Of a stretch of DNA of 64,000 nt, positions 27,201-38,299 are shown piece after piece (within the stretch, counting starts at the first letter, position 1; every line of letters starts with the position of its first letter). Under the pieces are notes generated by a model, which saw nothing but the letters and a program-made list of their open reading frames with translations, ran no database searches and was not told where the DNA came from. This DNA comes from Kudoa neothunni (taxonomy: Eukaryota; Animalia; Cnidaria). Both the position numbers and the translations under genes were made by a program. Location of the stretch: positions 5,445,200 to 5,509,199 of the forward strand of contig OZ199840.1 of the NCBI GenBank assembly GCA_964304625.1, read 5' to 3'.

Positions 27201-27582
27201 ATACTAAATACTCAGAATCAGTAAATCTATATGTATCCATAAAGTTAGGTTATAATCGTTTATTATTTTGTATGAAATTCTATCAGATATTTATACATGA
27301 TAATATTGACCAGATTGATGACAACACGTGTAACAACAAGATGTATTAGGTAAAGATGTACCGGTAACTTATCAAAATGTTTTGAAATATTAAAACGAAT
27401 AGAAATAATCTTTCAAATATTACAAAAAAGATCGATCAACTATTCGTAACCTCGTTGGGAACAAGGTACATTCAATTTGAGTTAAAAAATATCTCCTATA
27501 AAATATAAAATCATTCCAATTTAAAAATTAAATATTTAAGGGGTAAATAGATAAAAAATGCACCCAACTTCAGGAACGCTAT

Positions 27583-27655
27583 GGTTCATTATCTAAGTGG
27601 CAAGGTGCCGCAACTTTTAGCTTGATGGTCAGGGGTTCAATCCTTTCCATTTTAT
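27583..27655 (+). pseudogene. Degenerate tRNA-like sequence (tRNA-Lys(TTT)-derived pseudogene or SINE head)
   Basis: A-box-like TATCTAAGTGG, anticodon-loop-like CTTTTAG and B-box GGTTCAATCC, followed by a T run. The acceptor and anticodon stems pair poorly. Confidence 0.4.
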
Positions 27656-29244
27656 ATTTTCGTTTAAGTTATATGCAAATTAACTTCAAAAAATTGTAAA
27701 TAATCCAATGTTAGTTACCAATGCGCATGTGCAGAATAATTGTAAAAATGGGATCCTTATATACTGTCTAAAATAGTTATTTTCATCTTTTAAGTTCTAA
27801 AAGTTAACTTTTCTTAAATTCTTCAATACCGCTTTTATATTCGTAAAGTAATTTTATGATATTTTTACTTTTTTAAAAAAGTTTAAAATTTTTTTAATAG
27901 AAAAATAGAAAATGACTATAATTTTTTAAGAGGTAAAGTTTTCAACGAAAGTAGTATAGCGAATAATTAAAAGCTGAGACTATTAATGAGGTGAATTTTG
28001 ATCTCAAAGGCATGCTTCCTTTCGCTATGATAATAAGATAATAATTATTACTATCAAATCGTATTCGCAGGTAGATATAGATGTAATTTTTTAGAATCTT
28101 CTAAAATAACCTATTTCTAGATCCCAATATTGATCTTGGGTGTTATAAATAATTAAATCTAGTTATAACTTATAACTAGTGATACCTGAATATAATTTTG
28201 TAATATAATTTGATATTAGCCTAAAATTATAAACATTGGTATTTTTATTCCGTTTGTTGCGATTAGGATAAAATGCCGATTTACATATTTACGATTCAAA
28301 TTTCTACATTTTATCACGCCATGAAAATTAATAGTTAATAAAATATGTGATACTTAATTATTGTCACCCATAAATAAGCAACGTAATGATGTATTATTAA
28401 CGTTTAGCATCATTGTTAACAACATAGTTGTAGACGAAAATTGAAATAAAATCGCATTATATAATTTTAAAAATTCTATAACTCGTAAATTTACATATAT
28501 CACCACCTAAAAATGTAATGAAAAATAATTAAATGGCATTTAAATATAATAGTTAAATTCTCATTTATTTAATATTTCTTTAAATCATGGGCATTTTTTT
28601 GACAATAGAACCGTTTAATGGTATAATAATTGTAAACTATGCATTTATAATATCCGAAAGTGACTCCTCATTTCCAATATTATCTGAAATTTCAACTGCT
28701 AAGAATAAAATTATTTTTAAGTTCGCTTATTTGCGATTAATCCGCTTTAATTGGTTAATTAATTTTTTCTCTCGTAATTGTTTCAAATATTTTAGCAAAT
28801 ATATTGTTTACTTTATTTAATTTATAACCTTACACAAAAGATGTTACTAATCAACGATATTAATTGCTGAAAAAATTATAGAAAAATATTTGATCATGAA
28901 GCTGATAGTAGCAGCGCGGTTAAAATCTCATATATTTAATGCACGCTAATGTGTTTAATTCACTTCATACAGTTAACTTGGTCACGCACTCAGTGATAAT
29001 AGATTTGAATGCGACCATTCATTTCAATGATACCACGTTTTTGGGGGTTAAAATGACAGCCTTAAGATAGAATATAATAAAAATCTTTTTTATATTTTCT
29101 TCTTGTTTGAAAATAAACTAAGAAAGTTCAGCACATGAATTATAAAACATTTTTTAAATAAGCCAATTTATTTAAGAAAAATCAGATTAATCCTAATATT
29201 TAAGAAATTAAATTTTGTCGCCAAACGAACTTTAATATCAAGGA

Positions 29245-30314
29245 ATGGCCTCTCAAACTAACGCTAAACTGTTACATATTATTGCAAGTAACATTAAAAA
29301 GGCTGCATCAGCTAAGAGGTTTGTCTAGTCGTATGTGGAGTTATTGCAGGTGCCACCAGTTTTGGCGACACAGACACAGATGCTCCACCTATCCAACTTA
29401 GTGATCAAGCCAGAAGTTTGTTAGTTAAGGAATTGCTACTTCAGATGAACCAAACTGCCAATACTGGAATAGTTAACGAAGTTATTACATAAAAATGTTC
29501 AGGGTTTGGCTAATTATTATTTAGATCTATAATAGAATAGTACCTGATCAAAAATATGAAGAACTATTGCCTAAAATATTGGATTATAAACTTATCCGCA
29601 AACATTTGGGTAATTGTAGTGAAAATCGTGAAGGTATAAAGTTACATTTATAATTTATCTTAATTTGTTTCAGTACTCAATTTTCTTGACAAATACAAAA
29701 GATGTATTCCATGTCTTGTAAGTTGTTTCGATCGAATATATCGTCGATATATCTTTAGATCAGAGGCCACTCCGCCAATTTCTACTTGAGGGAACACATT
29801 CTGAGTAATAAATATTCGAAAATATTCAGCCACCCTGTAATTTAACATAACTATAATATTCATAATTCTTTCACACATATTACCTCAGTACAAAGTTGCA
29901 CCAAGTACCTACTACCAAGTATGCTCAAAGCACATGCCGAAAGCATTCTGTGTAATTCAGAAATTTTGTCCATATGAGTAAAAATCATACTGTTAAATTA
30001 AATAAACGAAAAAAATTATAATCAGGGTTCTGACTCGAATGGATAAGATATTCTTTATTCTCATGGACACACCTCCCCGCATGTAAATTAATATACCATT
30101 TTACTTATGTAAATATATAAAGGTATGAGGATGCAGAAAATCGCTTTGGTAAAGTGAATTTTTTGAATTTTTATTAATTTTTTTAGAAACTTATGATAAA
30201 ATAAATGAAATGCTAAAACCATATTACGCAGGCATATGGTTTAATTCCTTTGGTTCTTTCACCTCTAGTGACCTAATTTCCTTATTACAAAGAAATCACA
30301 TAATATTGGTCTAA
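29245..30314 (+). CDS. Divergent member (F) of the secreted Cys-patterned family, about 9 exons
   Basis: Exons 29245-29287, 29329-29480, 29525-29633, 29674-29717, 29759-29836, 29889-29977, 30026-30082, 30123-30148, 30187-30314: MASQTNAKLLHIIAIVCGVIAGATSFGDTDTDAPPIQLSDQARSLLVKELLLQMNQTANTGIVNEIYNRIVPDQKYEELLPKILDYKLIRKHLGNCSENREVLNFLDKYKRCIPCLIRGHSANFYLREHILSNKYSKIFSHPYKVAPSTYYQVCSKHMPKAFCVIQKFCPYEVLTRMDKIFFILMDTPPRMYEDAENRFETYDKINEMLKPYYAG... It retains the CIPC exon and C-x5-C-PY. The last exon and stop are uncertain. Confidence 0.7.
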
Positions 30315-31499
30315 AGCATCACATTATTGGCGAATACGCGGCCAAACAAAATAATATTATATTCTACCGTTTTCGTTACTTCGTTATCAAGTCGTTATAA
30401 TTTGAATACTTTCTCTAATGAGTTATGATACACTCTTTTCTTTATTAATGCACCAATATAAATTAAAATTGGAAATATAAATTAGACTTCATTTTTATTA
30501 ATAAATAAAATTTCACTCAATTTGTCAGAAAAATTCCTATCTTATGCACCCTTAGTTGAAAATCTTCGAGAATTTAAGGCTAGCGTGTTTAATTCTTATG
30601 GTTGTTTTCTTAACTGAAACTACTTAAATCAAATAAAGTAAGATAAGTTTATTTGGATTAACATTTAGATCACAATACATAAGGCATTAAAACTATAAAT
30701 AAATTTTATTTCAGTGAGCTACATTGTTAATTATTGTTAAAAAAAATATTTTACTAAATATTTTTATTTGTCGTTTACAACATTAAAAATTTGATTATAT
30801 ATATATATATATATATATACATGAAATAACTTTTCTAACAATAATGATTTTTTAAGTACTCGAATAAAATATTCAATATAATAACAATATGGTCATTTGA
30901 TATTTTTATCAGACGTATGATTGAATTTTTGAAATCAATAATGCGATTGTTATATTAAATATATTTCTATATCGGTTTTATATTTTTACAAATAAATCTT
31001 TTTTTCATTTAAAGAGTAAAATTAATTCAGAATTAATTTTTAGTAGTTATATCGTTCATAAAGTAACTGTTAAAAAACCTCTGAACCAGCAGCTCATTTG
31101 GGGCATTTGGAATTCCTGAAAAATACTGTCGACAATGAAAATGAAAATAATATCGATTCTATACTATATGTATAAAGCAAGTTATCATATAACCCTTTCA
31201 CGTCTAAATTTTTATTTATCGATGAAATAAATATAAAAATTTAAATTAATAATTTTAACTTAAAACCGATATTTATTTTTTTACAATACCTTTTAACATC
31301 TCATTAAGATAGGTAAAAAATGTTGTACCGTATACAGGACATCCGGCATTAGTGGTCCGGAATTTATGCGAACGATAGAAATCTAAAGGAATTACATAAA
31401 GAAAAAAAATAGATTATAAAATGTAAATTAATTTTTGTTATAAATGCAGAAGCAATTCTATCATTCATAAGACAACATGAAGCATTACATTTCAAACAT

Positions 31500-32400
31500 A
31501 ATACTACTACTATTTGGAGGTTTCTTCCGCAAATTTAGCATTTTCTTGGATATGAAGTTACTTCAGGGAAGAAACTTACATTATCAAATTTTTTTCGATC
31601 GATAAATGAAATATATTTGTTTCGTGGTAATTTTATGTTTTCGTTGATATCGTATGTAGTGAGATAAATACTTGGGGGGCTTCGTTTATGAGTCTGTATG
31701 GATAATTGATTTTTATATAACAATGACTCGAAAATTGATTAAGGATGGTAGATCAAGATTTTAGGATCTCTATGGTATTGCGTATCAATTTGGCTCGACA
31801 ACAATCAATTCAAGCAGTTCATTATCGAAAAATCCATTAAAATAACCGATGAGATTAGTTAACTCGTTTAAATTTCCAAAATTATCGTTATTGTTTGGTA
31901 ATTCCTGTTGCAAACCTACGTTGTTCAAAGCCTTATTCTATTTGGTTTCTGAATTAATTTCGGAATCAATTTCAATATCAGACTCATCTGTTGACACGCA
32001 TTCTTTTCCTTTTATATTTGATGATACAATCATTGGATCGTCATCTGAATACGTACCTGGATCAGTTATGTCAGCATAAGTTAGAATAATGATTTCTAAA
32101 AGTTTTTTTACCATTTTCATCATTATTAGTCCTAATGTTATGATCCATTGTGATCATTTGAAATCCGGTCCACAGGTACGTGTTAATCATTGCATTATTT
32201 CATAAATTATGAGTCTGATTTCTTTATAAATATATTGAATTAATTAAATTAATTTATTACTCACATTATTTCAAATTTTTATTTTGGTAAATCATGAAAA
32301 CTCTAGGTGTTATGCTCAAATTCTTTTGAATGCTACAATGGTATGGTGGATCCAATTTTAAAGGCCTAGTTAAATGAATTTAATATTTTTTAATAATAGT
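31500..32400 (-). mobile_element. Mutator (MULE)-like remnant
   Basis: ORF 31535-31723 PPSIYLTTYDINENIKLPRN resembles the MULE Pp..W.vy...lPRTNN segment. Boundaries approximate. Confidence 0.4.
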
Positions 32401-35047
32401 GAAATATATAATTAAAACACAAATACTTGAATATATTATACTGATATTCGTCTCACAAAGAAATTTCGCGTAAGTAATTATCCGATTTAAAAACAAATTG
32501 CTTTCCCGAATAACGGACATCATATACGAAAGTATGAAGTCTTAACATTGTAAATATTTCGCGATTATTCCTGGAATTTCCAATTTAATATAGATTATCT
32601 TATTTTTTCGATTTTTCATTGCTGTTTTATGGATAGTTTCATAATCGAAAACAGCGTTCCGTAAGTAAGCAACTGCCGCATATTACAAAAAATAAAAATA
32701 ACACCGTAGTTAATTCCATTATGAGAAATCTTCGAATAAATATATTTAAACTTAGTGTCTAGCTTTATTTATAATTTAAATATCGGCAATAGAGGAATAT
32801 GAAGAAAAAGATTAAAATGTATTTTTCAATAATTAATTCATAGAAATAATAGATAGTCGGACAAACGAACCCATGTCAACAATGTATGGAAAAAAACACA
32901 TTTTTAAATATTAATTTCTAATTGAGAATAAAATTATGGATTTTCTTAATCATAAAAATGGTTTTCTATCTTATAATCTCCGCGAATCATTTTTTTATTA
33001 TCGATAAATGCGAATGCATGTTGGAATATTAAATCCATGAAGTATGAAAATGACTTTGATATTGGTGGTACCGAAAGCTAAATTATCATTAAAATATTTT
33101 TTAATAAAATATATTTGACTCAGCTTATAAATAAATTATAATTAAATTATATAACATCTTCTTGAATAATCTATTTAATTTTAAAGGATGAATATTCGTA
33201 AATAAAGATACAACATCGTCTCAGGAATTGTTATTTTATCCCAACACCTAATGCATGGTTTAAAATAGCGTTAAATAAAATTCAAGGAATTGACAAAAAA
33301 GACTCAACAATTTTTTGGATGGTTTGAATCGCAATGATTGCGGTTTTTTAGGTTGAGCTATAATAATTAAGTTAGATATGGGACTGTTTGAGTTGTTATG
33401 ACAGGAAGATGTGAAAGTGTTTGCTTGAAATTTTGATAAGAATATAAATTTAATTCGATTAACTTGTATGTGTCATTCGCTTGAAATGTTTGACATTATT
33501 ATTTACTATTTAATCGTTAATATTTCGAAAAACGTATTGGGATAATCAAAACAAACAATGAGTTGTAACATATATCTTACCTTAAGGTTAAACAGTAGAA
33601 CGGAATGACATTCCATAGGTGATATAATTGAGCGGGTAATTATTAATTTAGAATTTATTCAATATTTTATAATTTTTTTTTGTAAAAAATAGGATAAAAG
33701 ATTTGTTTTATTTATATATTTTATTCAATAACTCATTGGAAAATACACCGATTTAAATTGAGATTATTTATTCCTTGATTTCAGTAGAGGAAATAAATTT
33801 TTAATAAAATAATTTAATATTCGAGTATATAATATTTAAATTTATCTATACATATTTGAGTAATTTATTACGTGAATTCCCGATTTTGACAGTAAAATTT
33901 TAGCTTGGAGTTACCTAAAAATTGTCGACTGAATCTAAAGCTAGAAGTTAAAAATTATGAGTTAATCACAAAAAGTCTTTTCTCTAAGTAAGGTATCATA
34001 ATTGATCTAGATTTGAAAATCTGTATTTTACGTGGTGTAGGGGGACTAGTTTAAATTTAGGAATGCTAAACAAGAGTAGTCCTTATTAAAAAACGTAGAA
34101 TAAAATTGATATACCAAATATTGCATCTCATAAATAGATTCAATCACATTGTGTAGGGTTGTTTACGAAGAAAATAATTTTCACCCATCGGAAATTATTC
34201 AAGATCTCTACTCAAACTGACTGTGATTAACTTTATTTACGGAAGAGAATTACTTCTGCTCGTAAAATCAAACAGAATAGGAGATATAGAATATTGTGTA
34301 TACATAAATTAATCTTATTGGAATGATGGAATTATTCAGTATATCGACCAAATGGTGTCATAACATTGAAGTTTGAGTCAATTATATAATTAAATATAAT
34401 TTTCTCCTTAACATAAAAGAATGATCTGTCCAATAAATGTGGGAAAAAATTTATCCAAATATCTGTTTTAAGTAGGCAGAACAGAAGGAGATTCGCAGAT
34501 GTATGTGGGAAGGAGTGTATTAAAGTGTATACAGTATAAAAGGATATCAATTTGAGCAATTAATTTTTATGACTCTTAGAAGCGCAGAGAAACCCTGAGC
34601 CAAAAATAGAACGATAATGTTAGATACATACCGCGAGGAATAATTAATATTTTATAATATGGTTTACGTGACATTAACATTAATGTTTGAAAAATTTTTT
34701 CTAGCTCTATATTTTTTGCTATTTTTATGATGTCCCAAAACAGTGGTATAATAATCATTTGAGTCTGGAAGAGATACAGTCGAGATTCGATATCGCGTAA
34801 TTTATGGGACCGAGGAAAAAGTACGCAGTAAAAAGGTTTTACGCAATATTCAGACACATAGAAACAATATTATTTTTATTTCTTTTTAAATTAATAACTT
34901 ATTAATTGTAATTAAGATACTATTTTAAAATATTAAATTACTCAATTTCGAATCTCGACTCTAATAACTTTTTTGATTACGCTTTGTAATATTTAAAAAT
35001 TGGTAACCAAAAGAAATAAGGTACTTCTCTTCAAATATTTAGGACTG

Positions 35048-35083
35048 AATGCGGGCCAACAAATTTTTATTGGGCCACCCCTG
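35048..35083 (-). mobile_element. Solo hAT-like terminus
   Basis: Minus strand CAGGGGTGGCCCAAT...TTGGCCCGC is typical of hAT ends. No partner end identified. Confidence 0.45.
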
Positions 35084-36081
35084 TTCAAAAATGATCATAA
35101 TTTTGATCTGCTAACTACGATCGTTAAAATAATGATATCATAAAAAAATATTTTTGTACAATTCCCTCTTTGGATTAATTAAAATGATTCATATATTTGT
35201 CAAATATTTAAAAATGATCTTATATCATAAATAATCCCGCTCCTTGTTGAAATACTCTATGTATATTCGTGGTTAATTGACTTAAATTCTATTCGATACA
35301 ATCATAAAAAAGTATGACATTGTAGACAAATTTTGCATTAAATCTATTCAACGATAAGTTATTTGAGAAGAAAAATTATTCTTCCATGCTTTTGAGGAGT
35401 TCTACTAAGATAAATACAACCACTCCTGAAGGAAAGACGGAAGTCGGGGAAATTTAAAATTTATGTATTGCTCAAAATTTTCATGATTGACTATATTGAA
35501 AGAAATATAGTTTAGAGTAACCTTAGACGTTTTTACTTCAATTTAGATTTATATTAAAAACAAGGGACACATTTTAGTATGGCTTAAACAGAGAACTTCA
35601 AAAATTTTTCACAATGTGTTAATTTCCCGTTTCAAAAACACATCATTGTTTTCATAGTCTTCCTAACCAACAAGCACAAAGAATTGGATAGAAAATAAAG
35701 AGCTACTCAACCAGGTTATGTTAAATAAATCTTAATGTTACAGTGGTATATGAAGACATAAAATAGAATTTACTTACGTGTACCACAATATTTTATAATC
35801 GTCATTTGCTTTGGTAATCTTATTATTGTCTACGTTAATCTTTAACAGTATGTTTACACTTCCAATCCATCATTTTATAAGAGATTTCAAAATTTCGTTT
35901 TATTTTTGTAACAAATAATTTTTTGAAGTATATTTATTTATTAACAAATTGAAGAAAGTTTTTATATAATCCTTGATTTTATTTATCATTTCCACAAAAT
36001 ATCAATTTGAAAATATAATAAACAGCATATAGTTATTGACAATTTTATTCCAGTATCGACGGTATATATTTGCGCTTTTCA

Positions 36082-37555
36082 TCAATTTTCGACGGGATCG
36101 CTGCTGGTGGACGGGTCTTTTTCGTTGTAATGGCCTTTACAAATCGCTATACATTCAGCGCTCGATTTAAAATTATTCGAGTTCCCACCGTATCCTTTGT
36201 AATAGAATGCTTGGCATGTGTTTGTTTCATGTTTATAGTAGTATCTTGTTACTTTGAAAGTCCCAGTAGCAGAATTCCCAGCTTTACCCATTTTGCATGT
36301 TTCCTCGATTTTTATTTCTTTCTTATAGCCCTCTATATGTATTTAAAATGATTTTATTTTAGTTATTAACAGCTATAGATTTAATTTTTGTAAAAATTAA
36401 TTTTTTTAACTAAGTTGAAATAAAGTCATTACCAGCACCGCAATAACTATGACACATTTCCATCGTGGGGAAACTATTTTTAGTTTTATCGAATACAAGT
36501 GCTCCTTCTGGAAGAGAACCAGTTTCCATACGTTTGCATACTTTGCCATTCTCATCGTAATAGTATCTTACTAATATCGGTTGATTAGTATCAAAAGCAT
36601 TTTGTGAAGGATCTCCTTCACAAGCAAGAACTTTTTTTTTCCTGTCAGTCAATTCGTCAGTCACATCGTCAGTCGTAGTTTGAGTACTTTTATACGCTAA
36701 GAAAATTAAAATTCTTATATCAAATAATTATTATACGAAAACATTTGTTGACGCATTCAGAGAACGAACTAAATATTCCTCTTGTATTTGTATCGATTGA
36801 GACAGCAGCAAAAGCACACTTTTTGTTATCGACATCAGCTATAATTGCAGTGCTTGGATCTTTATCTTTAACGTCTGGTTTTAGTGTGCAGTCTAAATAA
36901 TTTGGTGACAAATATTTTTCCTTATCTTTTAGTGTTTTTATATTGTTGTCATCAGCGTTTGTGAGACCTCCATTCTTTTTATCTGATATGTAAAATTTAG
37001 TTATTTAATATATGTGGAGTAATATAATTACTAAAACAATACAAATAACATTCATCTTCACTTTTATATCTGTTAAAACTTCCACCACATCCATTATATT
37101 TGAATGGTTTGCATGTTGCAGTTGTTTGATCAAAGTAATGCATATCATCTGTGTTTGAATTTTTAACACAGTGACCGGGATGCATAGGTTTTTTGCATCC
37201 TTGAAGTTTTTCCCTTTCAGTCAACTTACCTCAAACAAATCTTAATATTAAATTATAAATAAAATTGTACCGTGCATTTCGCAAAGTCCTTTTGATGCGA
37301 AATTATTATAATTTCCTTTAATGCCTCTGTATTCTAGTGGTTTGCATTTGGCATCATTAATGTCAATGAACCAACGGTCGATGACATTATCCATGTTTTT
37401 AGCCTCCCCAATAGGCCAGTCTCCTTCATCTCTTTCATAGGAGGGTAATATTGAATCTATTGAGCATATTGAAGGAATGCCAAAATATGTTAATTACCGG
37501 CCCAACAATGAGACCAATATAGAATAAAGATTATTAGATTAAATAAAGAGCTCAT
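36082..37555 (-). CDS. Secreted multi-Kunitz/BPTI domain protein (5 domains), copy 1, about 400 aa
   Basis: Exons 37555-37498 (signal peptide MSSLFNLIIFILYWSHCWA), 37456-37271, 37229-37032, 36982-36737, 36696-36433, 36332-36082. All introns are phase 1, one Kunitz domain per exon. Domain 2 is canonical (CKKPMHPGHC...CKPFKYNGCGGSFNRYKSEDECYLYC); domain 5 has FYYKGYGGNSNNFKSSAECIAIC. Confidence 0.92.
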
Positions 37556-38299
37556 TCTTTTTCAAGCAAAACAACCAAGCTACGAAAGTTGGAAAGTAGA
37601 ATTATAATCAGATGCACAATAGGACAACTATTCAATACATCCATAAGATTATGGAAAATTTAATTAGTATTATTATTCGTGTATATTATTCAATACTATT
37701 ATTATATTTCCGATTTAATTATATTTATTTAACCGATTAACAAACTAAATACATTATGTTTTATCCTTAATTAAATATTATGGTCTTTGAAGTCATTATT
37801 TTCTCGAATAAAATTTTTTATTAGGTATCTAGACAATGTAAATAATACAATCTTATTAAAATCCACATACATTAAGGTTTTCAGAATATCAAATGGATGT
37901 GTTTGGTTGTTGGTCCGTAAGATTGGACAAAAAGAGAAATTTTTCCTTTAAACAATATTAAAATCATACTTTCTATATATTGATTAATAATTCTAACTTA
38001 TTCCGTCTACACTTATTATAACTTTATTTGTTTAAAAGTATACAATGTGACAGGGATCGTACGTAACAAGGGTCATACGTAGTCCATATTTTTAATACTA
38101 AAACAAATTTAAATTTCTTAGTCCTCATACATAATAAAAAATACCTTCACCTATCAAATAAATAAAAATAAAAAATTATATTAACTTTGAAAAAATAAAG
38201 ACTATGGTTATTCCAACGGGAGGAAAATACTCCTAAACTAGCATGTTTATAAAAATTTCAATTTCATTTACCTAATAAATGATTTATTCGCTAAATAAT

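Noticed and set aside
27910-28160. Exon-like GT/AG-bounded segments resembling the start of another family member
   Set aside because: In-frame stops in every splice combination I tried, and no cysteine motif. At most a decayed fragment.
33250-33620. Minus-strand MECHSVLLFNLK followed by a strong GTAAG donor
   Set aside because: I could not build a convincing downstream exon chain or a recognisable protein.
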